Source of the DNA: Diplonema japonicum
Taxonomy: Eukaryota > Protista > Euglenozoa: Diplonemea
Direction of reading: 5' to 3'
Length of the DNA: 64,000 nucleotides
NCBI GenBank assembly: GCA_964019335.1
Contig: OZ025700.1
Span: 62,001-126,000, forward strand
Shown here piece after piece: positions 11,537 to 23,194 of the stretch (the first letter of the stretch is position 1; every line of letters starts with the position of its first letter). The notes under the pieces are model-generated. The model saw only the letters and a list, made by a program, of their open reading frames with translations. It was not told where the DNA came from and made no database searches. The position numbers and the translations under genes were made by a program.

Positions 11537-11752
11537 AAAAAAAGAAAAACTTAACTGAACGACACGCAAAAAAAAAATGCGGAAAAAAAAAAAAAAACGA
11601 CCTTGCTGTCGTTCTAGAACAAACATGACCAAAGGGGCATCACATATATTGATGAGAAGCAACGGACCCATCAAAAAAAAAGGAAGGAAAATGATACAGA
11701 AAAAAAAAAAAAAGAAGTTGAGTGAATAAAAAAAAAAACGCAAACAGCTCAG

Positions 11753-14278
11753 CTAGGAAGACCGCGACCGCACCTCAAGGGCTGCGTCGTACCAGTCGTC
11801 AGAAGATGCTGCCGACTGCTCAGTGTCAGTCGGTGGTGTACTGGTGGCACGTGCGCCAGGGTCGATGACGGCACAGTCAGCAGAACGCTGCCCCCTTCGT
11901 GTTGTTGTGTACCATTTGGAAACCTCCAGCGGGCTTGACCCTGTCCCACACATCACTCCAGCGTTCTTCTTGAAGTCAGCAGTCGCCGACGTAACCCACC
12001 ATGTGTGGTTCTTCCCTGCAAACAGCCACCACCGGCCAGGGTTCTCCCAGCACGGCATCTCATTGATGCTGAACCCGATAAGGTCGTACTTCCCGCTCAC
12101 GTCAGGTTGGGTCTCTGACCTCAAGTACACCGTGGACGGATGGTCCGACACGGAACGCACTTTGTGCCAGCACCGCTTGCACACTCTTTCCGCCCCCGAG
12201 TATCCCGGCACTGATATTTTGCTTGGAGAGCATTGACTGCACACCACCTCCCCACAGTTCCTGCAATGGTGCTTCCGCTTCAAGAACGTGAACAGCGCCT
12301 TGCACACGTTGCACCTGCTCGCGTCGCAGTTGGGGACCCACCTCGTCGTCCGCACGGGCTCCTCTTCCTCCGACGCATCCGGCGACTCCGTGTCGTTCAA
12401 AGACAGCAGTTGTAACACAAGCTCCTTCACGCTGCCGGGAAACCCCACATCGCCCATCACCACGCACAGCTGCTGCAGCCACTCCTCCGCGCCCTTGGCA
12501 AGCCCGCTTCGCCAATGCACAGCAGGGAAGATGCCATTCAGGTCGTACTCCTTGTAGTTCCTTCCAAGCTCCTTTTTCACTACGTCATGCAGCTTGCGCA
12601 CCTCGCTGAGACGCAGTATGCAGCACACGGGCGTGCTGTCCAGCATCCCTTCTATCCTGTACACCCAGTGCCCGTCTACTTTGCTGTTGCACCTCTTGAC
12701 AGCCTCAATCCACAGCTGCGACCCTTCATGCTTGTCAAGCTCGATCCAGTCATCGTCGTTCAGGAGACCTGTCGTCTGCGATGGTGCAGACAGGAAGCCC
12801 CCTGTTGCTGTCCGCGCGGCCGAGCCATCGATTTGGATATCAAACACACGGAAGCCACAATTCCCATAGCCGGGTCTCCCAAAGGCAGACGTGAGGAGGC
12901 CCCCATGAGAGAAGACCACGCAGGTTTGGACACCCTTCTCAGCACACTTGTGCCCCAGCCATGATCTGAAGGTGTTGGCGCGCCTTGTGAACGAGCTGTA
13001 CGTTTCGGCGAAGCGTGGCGGGGGGCCGTGGTGCCACCACTGACCCGACTTTATACCCTCTTCCTCGCAATACTTGTCCACGCTGCTGAAATCGTACTGA
13101 GGGTAGGTGTCCTCGGGGAAGCACTGTCGAAGCTCTGAGGCCAAGGAACCCCTGTCCCCCTTTTGAACAGTGCTCCTGTGAAGCGTGTGCTCAGCTGCAA
13201 GAGGCGAGATGATGGTTTTAAGTGTCGATGCGTCGTCTCCCAAGGCCTCTGCAGCAGTCTGCAGGGCACGACGGAAAGGCGAAACAACGACCATCGTGCC
13301 TGGCTTGAAGGCTCCTACATTACGCAGCACGCGCCCTAAACGCTTGGCTTGCGTAACTCCCACCGGGTTCAACAGAGCATCCCTGTTTGCATGGGATGCA
13401 GCACCCAAGAGGTCGTTGTGGTGCCCCATGCCATGCCGAACAAGGATGACCCTCACAGTGGAGGATGGTCTCGGTGACATGAAGCTGTTGATCTCTTTAA
13501 TGCCCACGTCTGTGAAGCTTTTATTAAACTCATAGAGGGAAGCTGACCGCAGGGGCTGCATCATCATGTCAGTGACGCCGCCTCCGGAGAAGTCGTGGTC
13601 CGTGTCACCCGGCAACCGCCATGTGATGCCGAGAGCCTTGTGGAAGACTGCGTAGGGGTCGACAAGTGGGACCGTGCTTGGAAGTGTGGGTTGCAGGGTG
13701 CCGTGGTACGCGTTGGCTAAGTCGCTGAAGCGTTGAGTGTATGAAGGGTTGTGGGCGGGGTGGTATTTAAGAGACTGCCGGATGTACGCATCGGCGACCT
13801 CGTGAGGGGAAGCTGTTTCCGAGGTACCGAGAACCTGGTGTGGTGGGGCGATGGGGGGCGGGGTGACGGGGAGGAACAGCTTGCTCCACACCTGACGTTG
13901 CGGAGGTACGACATTTGATGAAGAGTTGATTTTTGAGAGAAGTTTCCAGGGGCCTTCCTTCGAGGGGCCTGTCTCCAATGACCATTGCACTGGATCCAGC
14001 GCAGGGAAGTCGACACCTGTCATGAAGCGGTAGGAGGCTACGGGCACCTCGCTGTCGATGCTGAAGATTACAGTTCCCATCTTCCTGCTCTTATGGCTTG
14101 TCCCGCAGTTCCCGTCGTGGCATCGCCACACGCCAAACCCCTTGGAGCACTTTGCATCACCCTCTGCGCTGCCCACTGGCAGGTACTCCATCCGTGCCCC
14201 ACGGAACTCAACTAGCGTCACCTGCATCCCTTCGCCGCCTCCACGATTCCTTAGAATCGTCCATTTTGCGAATTGCAT
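11753..14278 (-). CDS. Multidomain protein: galactose-binding-like domain, degenerate J domain, histidine phosphatase (PGM family), FYVE finger
   Basis: YRFMTG..DPVQWSLE; HQVLG...SLKYHPAHN (HPA, not HPD); VILVRHG, VSPFRRALQTA, VFSHGG; WVP..C..C...RKHHCRNCG..VC..CS...RVC..C. Likely start is ATG 14278. Confidence 0.85.
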   Translation of the reverse strand: MQFAKWTILRNRGGGEGMQVTLVEFRGARMEYLPVGSAEGDAKCSKGFGVWRCHDGNCGTSHKSRKMGTVIFSIDSEVPVASYRFMTGVDFPALDPVQWSLETGPSKEGPWKLLSKINSSSNVVPPQRQVWSKLFLPVTPPPIAPPHQVLGTSETASPHEVADAYIRQSLKYHPAHNPSYTQRFSDLANAYHGTLQPTLPSTVPLVDPYAVFHKALGITWRLPGDTDHDFSGGGVTDMMMQPLRSASLYEFNKSFTDVGIKEINSFMSPRPSSTVRVILVRHGMGHHNDLLGAASHANRDALLNPVGVTQAKRLGRVLRNVGAFKPGTMVVVSPFRRALQTAAEALGDDASTLKTIISPLAAEHTLHRSTVQKGDRGSLASELRQCFPEDTYPQYDFSSVDKYCEEEGIKSGQWWHHGPPPRFAETYSSFTRRANTFRSWLGHKCAEKGVQTCVVFSHGGLLTSAFGRPGYGNCGFRVFDIQIDGSAARTATGGFLSAPSQTTGLLNDDDWIELDKHEGSQLWIEAVKRCNSKVDGHWVYRIEGMLDSTPVCCILRLSEVRKLHDVVKKELGRNYKEYDLNGIFPAVHWRSGLAKGAEEWLQQLCVVMGDVGFPGSVKELVLQLLSLNDTESPDASEEEEPVRTTRWVPNCDASRCNVCKALFTFLKRKHHCRNCGEVVCSQCSPSKISVPGYSGAERVCKRCWHKVRSVSDHPSTVYLRSETQPDVSGKYDLIGFSINEMPCWENPGRWWLFAGKNHTWWVTSATADFKKNAGVMCGTGSSPLEVSKWYTTTRRGQRSADCAVIDPGARATSTPPTDTEQSAASSDDWYDAALEVRSRSS

Positions 14279-15128
14279 GGCCCTCTCCCTTCGGCCTGCG
14301 ATGGTGGTGGGTTTAAATAAATAAATAAAAAACCGGCACAGCGTCTTTTCGAACATAAAGTCCAAAATCTCCTTTTCTTTAAGGCCGAAAAAACAGCGTT
14401 CTTTATGGGTTAAAAAAAAATAATACAGAAGGAAAAAGGAAAATGGGTAAGATTAAGGGGGGGGGGGGGAGGGGGGAGAAAAAAGCTTTTAAAAAAAAAA
14501 GGTAAACCACAAAAAAATAATAATAATTGGCTATTTCACGGCGAATCATAATGGATTTTGTATGTTTTTCGGGGGGGGGGGGGGGGAAGAAAAAGTCCAA
14601 AGAGGCGTGAGTTGCACGTAAACTCAAAAGGCGTGACCGATGTTAGCCCACTCGCAGTAGTTGCCCAAAGCGAGAGAGCTGAAGAAAACAAAAGAGAAAT
14701 TAGGAACTGGGGGGAGTGAACACAATTTCTTTTTTTCTTTCCCCTCCTTTTTCAAAAAATAAAAATCCCTTCCTCCCCCCTTCCTTTTTTTTGTCTTTAA
14801 CACTAAAACGTAAAACAAACAAAAAGAGGAAACATTTGGCACCACCCGTGAGTACCTACTTTTCTTTCTCTCTCTTTGCTTTTTAATTTTGTTATAATGG
14901 TACATTTACCCACCCTTCTTTCACTCTTTCTTCTTTTCCCTTGCCCCTTTGAACAGAAAAAAATACCGTACAGACCCGTGACTCCCTTCCCCCCCCCCCC
15001 ATTAGTTTTAATCTTCTTTTTTTTTCTTTGTCCTCCCCCCCGGGCTTACTCGAACAAACAGCAACTGATCTTTGTAGAATTTTCTTCTTTTTTTTTTTTT
15101 TTTTTTTGTTCTTCATCACAACTATCTT

Positions 15129-15856
15129 CTAGAACTCATAAACATCGAAATCCGCTTCTTCATTGGTTGTTGCTTGGGACTTAATGTGCCATTGGGTGAT
15201 CTCGAGTGCCAGCTTGCTGTCGGTCACCACATCGTCCATAGAGAGTGGCTTGCCTGTGAAGGGGCACGTTTGCCCTGCTTGCTTAACCCAAGCCTCAAGG
15301 GTTTCTTTTTCGTAGCTGTGGCCGTAGGGGGAAGAGACGGGGTTTTTCATCAAGTGCCCGTTCAGGGAGCATCTAAACTTCGCAGGAGCGTCGTCGTGTG
15401 TCTGCGCCAGCTGGTAGGGTTCTATTTCAGATACAGGCCTCACGAGTTTGTTGTCCATCACCACAGGAGCAAGGTCCTCGTCGTTGCCTGTGCTATCCTC
15501 TTGCACCACTGCCTTGGCCCTCGCAGGGTCGGGTAGGTCACCCAACAGCCTGTATTCCTCTTTGCCCTGTTCAGGCTTCACGTCCTCTTCTTTTTTCCTC
15601 CCAAGGTCCACATCTTTGATAGCCTGACTGATCAACCCATCCACCACACCAAAGCTCTCAACGTCCCTTGCCAGCATTGTGTCGGTTGTGTTGTGGAAGG
15701 ACGACTGTAGCTTTGTCAGGCCTGCAGGAAAGAGTGGGGGAGGGGGAGGGGGATTGGTTGTCAGGACACATACACTTCACATCTAGCTCCCGCAACATAG
15801 TCGACAAGGCGTTCCTTAAGGAGTCCGTCGTGCACTCCGCAGGTAGGTGCTCCGCT

Positions 15857-15905
<49 letters not shown>

Positions 15906-17281
15906 GAATGATACCTTGCGGCAACCCTTCCTCGCCTGCCAAGCTGTCGATGTTCACGTTGAACTGCAGCAGTGCCGCGTACAGCCTGATGTTGCCCGAC
16001 ACAAACAGGTCCGTCTGTAAGAAAATAGAATCTTCATTTTAAAATCATTAAATACCGGGAGCCTCAGCAAGTCGTACGTGAAGCTGTTGATGAACCGAAT
16101 ACTCCTTCCGAAGGACCCCATGTGGAAGGTCACCAGGGCGAGGAACCTAAGGGAGCAGATGAGGCCTTGGAGAACCTCCTTGGGGAGTTCAGAGCAGGGC
16201 TTCGGGGGCGGTCTGAGGGGGTTGAAGGCAGAGGTCACACTGATCTTCTCGTTGTGCATCTCAAAGCATTGCGCGATTTGATGAATGAGCTTGCAGATAT
16301 AGGGGAGAACAACCTTATCAACCCACGATGTGGAACGGATGATGTGCTGCCGGAAAGACGTTGCCTGCTGGGTGGCGTAGTTGTACACATTGGTGATGAA
16401 CTTCATAGTTGACATGCATGCGACGTGGACGACAGGGGTGACGGGACCTTCCTGAAGGAGATGCGGGCTGCTGATGGCCTGAGCGACAACCCTGATCACG
16501 ATGAGCCGCTTGGTCAGCTTGCAGATATGGTTAATTTTATCTTCAAAGTCCTGGGTTTTTTTTTTTTTTTTTTTTTTTTTCTTCTCCCCCACGTACCGTA
16601 AGAGCTTTTTCTTGTATGTTATCGCTCTCCTCTGCGGTGAAGAAGGTTGTCGGATGGCTGAAGCCAAGCATGGCCGTCATACAGTTCACGCGGAGCTCGA
16701 ACTCGTAAGGCGGCTCCTTCAGCAGTATCGCGAGCAAAAGCTGCACTGCGAACTGCACGTTGCCCTCCGCAAACTCCAACACTTCAACAGCCCGTATTTT
16801 GTAGTGCCTGACCCTGCAGAGAAGAACTAGCATGTGTTCGCTCATACGGCCGAGCTCGGAGTCGAAGGGCATTGTGCCCTCGACCTTCATGCTGGACTCC
16901 ATGTTCACATCGATATACTTGACTGTGGGTGGTTTTTGTAAAGGTGAAGGGAAGCCATACTTGCGTTGAAGATGAGGTCCCTCGCCCTCTTGAACATTGC
17001 ACAATTGTTCAGAACGAGAAGCAGTCTTGTTTTCGTGTGCTCGTGTACTGCAGCGCTGTTCAGCTGATCGACCACCAGTTTTAAAAAGCTCTGTAGGACG
17101 TTCTCGTCATAGTTCACCATAAAGGAAGCTGCATCCTCTGTGGACTGTATGATCTTCAGTACCTGGAGGAGGGGTGGGGGTGGGGTGGAAAAAAAAAATA
17201 GCACACCTCGCTGTCCGCGATCGGCACGCCCCCTGCAGCCAACTTCCCCAACTGCTCCTCTGTCTCCTCCAACCCCGGCAT
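15129..17281 (-). CDS. Helical-repeat protein with C-terminal U-box domain (E3 ligase), 7 exons
   Basis: U-box PAKFRCSLNGHLMKNPVSSPYGHSYEKETLEAWV...CPFTGKPL. GT-AG introns at 17163-17206, 16923-16960, 16551-16596, 16015-16055, 15855-15914 and 15722-15773 join the ORF pieces into one frame from MPGLEETEEQ. Confidence 0.85.
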
Positions 17282-17546
17282 CGTTGCACCCAACAACGGT
17301 TCCTTGTAACCCCGTACTGGATTTTTCTTCTTTTTTTTTTTTGAATGCTGTAAAGAAAAAAAAGAGGGGGAAAAAAATCACTGTAATGACTGTAGCATCC
17401 AAGTACAGCCAAAAAAAAGGGGGGGGGGGAAGAATGTGTATACGCCCGTAAAATCGTTATGATGGGGAAGAACGACCCACCAAAAAAAAAAGAAGAAAAT
17501 TAGTGTCACACGTGGACAAATCACCTTTGTGGTGAACCCAGACTCC

Positions 17547-19926
17547 TCAGGGAGTGTACCGTCTGGTTTTCTTTTCTGCCAGAAAAGCGCTTTTGTATGC
17601 CTGGGCGCGAGTCTTTTTCTCAAACAGGTTGCTCTCTTCATGTCCCTTTTTTGCCCTCTCGGCGGACATCTCTGTTACGCACCTTTCCGGGCTTGGTAGA
17701 AAAAAGAAAAAAAAAAAGGGAAACTCTACGTTACATATACTACCTAAACCTACATCAAAAAGAATAAAAAAAGGGGGCGGAAAAAGAGGAGCGGGGACGT
17801 GGGGGGGGGGGGGAGAAGGGACAATAAAACGGGGTAACAAGAAAGAAAAAAAAGTACAAACAAGGAGATATAAAAAAAATAAAATAACAAAAAGGTAAAA
17901 AATACAAAAAAAAAAAAAAAAAAAAAAAAAACAAGCATAATGCGGACAACCAAGGAACAAGGCCAACAATGTTATAGTGTCAAAGGATGGTCTAGTACCT
18001 AGGAGAGTGGGGGAGAGAGGGGTAGCGACGGTCGGCCTGTGAATCTCGAAGAGAAGTGAAACGCTCGTACTGGGTGGGGGTGAGGTCGTGGGGAGGGGAA
18101 TGGGAGTACGCGGCAGCACGGTGCCCCCTAGTGTCGTTTGACTTGCAGTACAGCGCCTCAACAAAACGTGGGTTCTCCCTGCAGTAGTCCACCCATTCAT
18201 CTGTGGTGATGACACCATCTTTCTTCTTGTCGATCTTTGTGAAGAGCTCACCGCTAGTCGACGTGAGCAGCTCCATCCCGTATCTCGAGAGTGCCTCCCT
18301 GAAGTCGTTGTACTGCAACACACCTCCGTTCAGGCAATCCATGTCCTTGAACACTTGTATTATCCTGCAAAAAGAAACTAACATTTTTATTGTTCTTCAA
18401 CCATACATAACAGTCTTGTTCGGGACCTCCCGCAACGCCACCCTCTGCGGGCTGTTCGGGAGTGCGATCCACGTCTCAACAGTGTCGGGAACCGGAATGG
18501 TGCCCGGCCTGTCAGGGTGCCACACGGAAGCCTGTTGGAAGCAGAACAACTGTGCGTCGTCCGAGATCATAAAGGGGTCGGTGAGGTTCACCCACTTCTG
18601 CAGAGTGGTGTCGAAGATCTGAAGGGCAGCGAGGCTGAACGGGACATCTGGGCAGCCAGGGGGATGGTTCACCCTGGCTACAGTGTCGAAGTAGTTGTCG
18701 ACAGCGTTGATGAGGTTGCTCATTGTGGGAACACCGATGAACGAAAGGCGCACGTTGTGCTTCACGCCGTGCACATCGCACGCGACACGCACTGTGAAGG
18801 GTGCCGACGTGGAAGGTACATGTGAAGCGCCTGGTTTTGCCATCGGGCTGTGCCCAACAGGCTCCAATGGGCTCTGCGCAACCATAGGGCTACGAGACGC
18901 CATTGGACTGTGCGCGTGAGACATCGTTTCATGTCTGGGCGACAACCGTGGTGACAACGCCTCTAGTTCGTTGACCCTCTGCTCCAACTCCATGACACGC
19001 ATGTCAGTAGGCGACCCTTGCCTGACAGCCTGCTCCAGCATGGGGATGCCCTCAAGCTCGTGGACCCTTCTTTCAAGTCTCATGTTTTCAAGCTCCAGTC
19101 GCTTGTTGGCTCTAAGAAGACTATCAACTTCCGTCCCACCCTTGTCCGACTGGACATGAGATGGGGATTGGGACTGGAATGGTTCCTGGGACTCAAGTAA
19201 TTTCTTCAGTTTTTCATTTTCCAAGACCAAAGCCTGTGCCACAGCGTTATGCTCATTTGTCGCTTCGAGAAGCGCGGCCGTCGCCTTGTTCGCTTCTTCA
19301 AGCTCCGCAACCTTGGCCTCCAGGGCACTTGCCTTCTTTTTATAGTCTTCGTTTTCATTCATCTTTCTCCTTTGCAGTTTCTGGTAGTACACTTCCCGCA
19401 GCATCTTCTCATGTGCCTTGGCCATGCTGGCGATAACACCTGCCTGCTGGGCACCGAAGCTCTTTTTGAGGTTCTGGCCGCTCTCCAGTTCGGCGATCCG
19501 TTTCTTGAGCTCAGAATTCTCAGATTCTACATTCTTGTTGCGCCCCCTCTGCAGCTTCTGGTAGTAGATCTCACGCAGCATCTTCTCGTGCGCGCGGGCC
19601 ATGCTGGCGATGATGCCTGCTTGCTGGGCACTGAAGGACTTTTTCATCGTCGTGCCCTGCTCCAGTTCAGTCACTTTCTTCTTAAGATCCTTGTTCTCTT
19701 GCGTCATCTGCCTGATCTGGCCTCTCTGTAGCTTCTGGTAGTAGATCTCTCGCAGCATCTTCTCGTGTGCACGGGCCATGCTGGCGATGATGCCTGCTTG
19801 CTGGGCAGCATGCGACCTTACTATTGTGTTTGGCGCAGGAGGTACCGCAAGGGCCACGGCACCGCTTACAGGAACGGAAGCAGGAGCTTCAAGGGCAGGA
19901 ACAGCGGGAACCGACGCTTCGCTCAT
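17547..19926 (-). CDS. BILBO1-family protein: N-terminal repeats/coiled coil, BILBO1 N-terminal-type domain, two EF-hands
   Basis: FTVRVACDVHGVKHNVRLSF...QIFDTTLQKWVNL...AQLFCFQ...WHPDRPGTIP parallels the trypanosome BILBO1 NTD. EF-hands FKDMDCLNGGVLQYNDF and FTKIDKKKDGVITTDEW follow intron 18365-18406. The last exon, via intron 17692-17998, is less certain. Confidence 0.85.
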
Positions 19927-20076
19927 ATTAAGTCCTTTTATTTAACCCTGGAGGACTTGAAAACATGGTAAGAAAGGCAAACAAAAGTCTCAGTGCCATA
20001 TAAAGACTCGCTTATGAGCGCTACAAAGCACATGTAAGAATAATCTAAAAACGAAAAAAAGGGGGTGGAAAAAATA

Positions 20077-21711
20077 TCACCTAATCGACTCGTTGATGAG
20101 GGGCAGGAAATGCTCCAGAGAGTGTAGGGTGGCGAGGGACTCGCCGTTGGCCGTCCGATGGAGGGCTTCGTAAGCCACTTCAAGGGTTTCGTTGACCAGT
20201 TGCGGGATATGCTGGCGGGAGATGCGGTCGTCGTGGGACAGGGCGGGACCTGTCTGTGTCTCGAGCAAGTAGCAGTTTAGAGAGGCATCGCAGATGAAGT
20301 CTGCGGCAAGGAGTTGGAAGCGAGATCTGCCTGCGTCCTTCAGGACATCTTGTCTCTTCGACACCACAATGTCGTGCAGAGCTTGCTTCATATTCTTTTC
20401 CAGTTTCTTGTAGCGCGCCTCCCCGAGGCACCCTGTCAGGTCAGCAATGTGCATTTTCAACTTGTCTTGAAGCTCTTGGTACCTCTTGTGCGTTCTCTGT
20501 TGTGCGATGTTCGAGATATGGATGTGCGGGTTCTCAAAATCGCTGTTTTTGTACTCCTCGATGTTCATCCTTACGGTACCTGACCTGTAGTACACAACCA
20601 AGGGGTTCGTGCTTGCGATGAGGAAGTAGCATCGCATGTCAAACTTCCGCCCCACGGTGTCCCCCGAGAGCTTCACGAGCAGCGGGTCATCGATGTACCT
20701 CTGCAGCACGTACCGATGCCTCTTGTCCTTCATGCCGAGAAAGATTTTAGGTGCGTTAATAGCCCACCATTTCTGCATGTTTTCTATCACCGTCAACCCG
20801 AACCCGCTGGCAAGGTCGGACCTCTTCAAGATCCACTTCCCTTGCAGGTTGGGCACTACCTTTTGTGCAACATTGAGGAACTCCATGGGGCCTGTTAAGA
20901 GATGGGTTTCCGGAACCATGACGCCCGGTGGCGTGTTGCGGACCAGCTCGGCTTTGTCGGCGAAAAGACGCTCGATGCTGGCAGTCATCCTGTTCAGAGC
21001 TTGTGTTTTGGGGTTGAAATCGTTGTTTCTGAATTCTTCCAGCGCATCGCGTTCCCATATGAGTGAGGCCTTCTGCGGGGTCTCGACGACCGTCCACTTC
21101 GAACGGTCGACAAGCTTCAAGAAGTTGACCCCCTCGCCGTACACAGTGCGAGGGAGGATGACATACGGTTCATCTGGGAGCCGAAGAACAGGGACAAGGG
21201 AACGTCGTGGAGCATAAGGAGCATAAGCCGCTTCCCAGCAATTTAAGAACGAAGTGCATTCCACATCCGACCTTCCTTGGGAGCGCAGGATGTCCAGTAG
21301 TCTTGCAGGGTCCGAGGTTGAGAGGTCAAGAGAGGGATCCAGTTTTGAGGTTACTTCATCCCACACAGCAAGCATGTCATCTGTTACATTCTCGAGCTTG
21401 CTCTTCGGCCGTTGTTGAGGTTTTCCTTCCTTCTGTTGTTCTTTTAATCGTTGCATCTCCATTGCTTCTCCTGCTTCCTGTACGCTGACCAGCGCCTTGT
21501 TGTGCTCCACCTGCACCCCTGCGTACGCTTCCGCCATCTCATCCAGCTTCTCTTCCTCGTTCCCCAACGTTCTCTTCAATTCTGCTATTTTTTCCTTTTG
21601 CGCCTCGAGGGCGTCTCTTCGCAGGGCCACGTCGTCCCAAAGTGCTTCCTTCCGCTTCTTCTCCGCGGTGTGTTTTGCTTCCAGCACCGCGAAGCTCATT
21701 GTTTTTTCCAT
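20077..21711 (-). CDS. Tubulin-tyrosine ligase-like (TTLL) protein
   Basis: WILKR..ASGFG, VLQRYIDDPLL, GRKFDMRCY, HISN, FQLLAADF...LLE..TGPAL motifs. Confidence 0.9.
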   Translation of the reverse strand: MEKTMSFAVLEAKHTAEKKRKEALWDDVALRRDALEAQKEKIAELKRTLGNEEEKLDEMAEAYAGVQVEHNKALVSVQEAGEAMEMQRLKEQQKEGKPQQRPKSKLENVTDDMLAVWDEVTSKLDPSLDLSTSDPARLLDILRSQGRSDVECTSFLNCWEAAYAPYAPRRSLVPVLRLPDEPYVILPRTVYGEGVNFLKLVDRSKWTVVETPQKASLIWERDALEEFRNNDFNPKTQALNRMTASIERLFADKAELVRNTPPGVMVPETHLLTGPMEFLNVAQKVVPNLQGKWILKRSDLASGFGLTVIENMQKWWAINAPKIFLGMKDKRHRYVLQRYIDDPLLVKLSGDTVGRKFDMRCYFLIASTNPLVVYYRSGTVRMNIEEYKNSDFENPHIHISNIAQQRTHKRYQELQDKLKMHIADLTGCLGEARYKKLEKNMKQALHDIVVSKRQDVLKDAGRSRFQLLAADFICDASLNCYLLETQTGPALSHDDRISRQHIPQLVNETLEVAYEALHRTANGESLATLHSLEHFLPLINESIR

Positions 21712-21799
21712 TTTACGCTCCGGACCCCTTTTTTTTGATAAATGTTATGAGAGGTTTAAAAAAGAATTTCTTTTTTTTTTTTTTTAATGAACAATTCAT

Positions 21800-23194
21800 T
21801 TAATTCACATTAGAAAACGCAGCGTTGGGCTGTTGTGTAAACGAACGCAACAACGCTGCAGTAGAGGTGCGGAGCATGTCTTGCATGAGGCGGAGAACAG
21901 TGGCATGCTTGGACGATGCCGCGTAGGCGAGGTTCAGGAAGGTGCCCGGAGTGGTGCGGGTTTCGGGGGACAACAGCGCATCATTGATATCCCACCAGGT
22001 GAGGTTCAACGGGAAAAGACGCTTGAACCCACCCCAATTGGTGTCCCACGGCTGGCCCCTTGAGGGGATGGCTGCCACGACAAGCTCCATTTGTGAGAAT
22101 GTGTCAGCGCCCCTTCTGATGGCCACCGGGACCTCATCAGGGTTGCTATCCTCGAAGCATGCTCGGATGACAGTTCTTTGAAAGCGTGACAGGAAGGCCC
22201 TCCGCGCCTCTAAGATTTCCAGGGTACAGCATGCTCCTACTAACATTTCCACTTTCTCGCAGAGCTTCTTGGTGGTGACTTCCTGCTCGGATCTTGATAT
22301 TTTGAGTTTTTCTTGCAGACTCTCTGCACCCTCCACTTCTTTCTTCAGTACCTTCATCTCGGCCTCGAGCTTTGCGGTCTTGTCCCTTAGAACGCCCATG
22401 TGAAGTTGTTCGTCGTCATCGTAAAGATCGCTGTCCTGAGCTTGCGCTTCGTTTAGTTTTTTGTCGCTTCGCTTCACGATCTGCATGAGGCCAGCGAGCT
22501 CCTCGTCTAGGTCCCTACGGATGATTGAAATGTGACGGGCGAAGGCTTGCTTCCAGGACATTTCTTCGAAAGGTTGTTCTTTGGACTTGTGGTACTTTGA
22601 TATGGACCGCCAGAGCCAGTCTGCTGACGAAGTGATGTTCCACGATTTGCAAACCACCGCCACACGACAGAGACCCTTGTAGTCGAGGTACTGGAAGCAA
22701 TGTATAAACATTTCGTTCGGAAGCCTTGCACGCTGAACAGGGAAGTCAGGCCGTTTAAAATGTGCGGGTATGACCCGATCCACAGGTGTTGCCGATGACA
22801 TGACATTGACGGCAGGGTTCGCCCGTGGTGGAGGGGACGGGGGGCTGCCGTCCGCCTGTTCTCTTCTTTCTTGTATTATCTTTCCTTTCGGTAGATTGCC
22901 GGTGTACACTCTGCTCGCCAGCAGCCTCTCTAGCGTTACAGATGCAGCGTAGTTGGGCTGCCGAGGTGTTGTTGAGCTTGTGTGTTTTCCCTGTTTTCTG
23001 CGCCTTCCGTCGCGGACGGTGGCTGCGTACTCCATGTCGATGACTTTTGAAAGGTCTTGCTCTGTCTTCTTAAAGAACTCGTCTTCTTCCATCGCCTTAT
23101 ACCTCAATTTCATCGATTTTCCCGTTGCAGGGGGGCGCGGGAGCGCTACCTCGTTGATGGCATTCTCAAACGTCCAATGGACTTCACCTGACAT
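21800..23194 (-). CDS. F-box protein with coiled coil
   Basis: LPNEMFIHCFQYLDYKGLCRVAVVCKSWNITSSADWLW. Confidence 0.85.
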   Translation of the reverse strand: MSGEVHWTFENAINEVALPRPPATGKSMKLRYKAMEEDEFFKKTEQDLSKVIDMEYAATVRDGRRRKQGKHTSSTTPRQPNYAASVTLERLLASRVYTGNLPKGKIIQERREQADGSPPSPPPRANPAVNVMSSATPVDRVIPAHFKRPDFPVQRARLPNEMFIHCFQYLDYKGLCRVAVVCKSWNITSSADWLWRSISKYHKSKEQPFEEMSWKQAFARHISIIRRDLDEELAGLMQIVKRSDKKLNEAQAQDSDLYDDDEQLHMGVLRDKTAKLEAEMKVLKKEVEGAESLQEKLKISRSEQEVTTKKLCEKVEMLVGACCTLEILEARRAFLSRFQRTVIRACFEDSNPDEVPVAIRRGADTFSQMELVVAAIPSRGQPWDTNWGGFKRLFPLNLTWWDINDALLSPETRTTPGTFLNLAYAASSKHATVLRLMQDMLRTSTAALLRSFTQQPNAAFSNVN

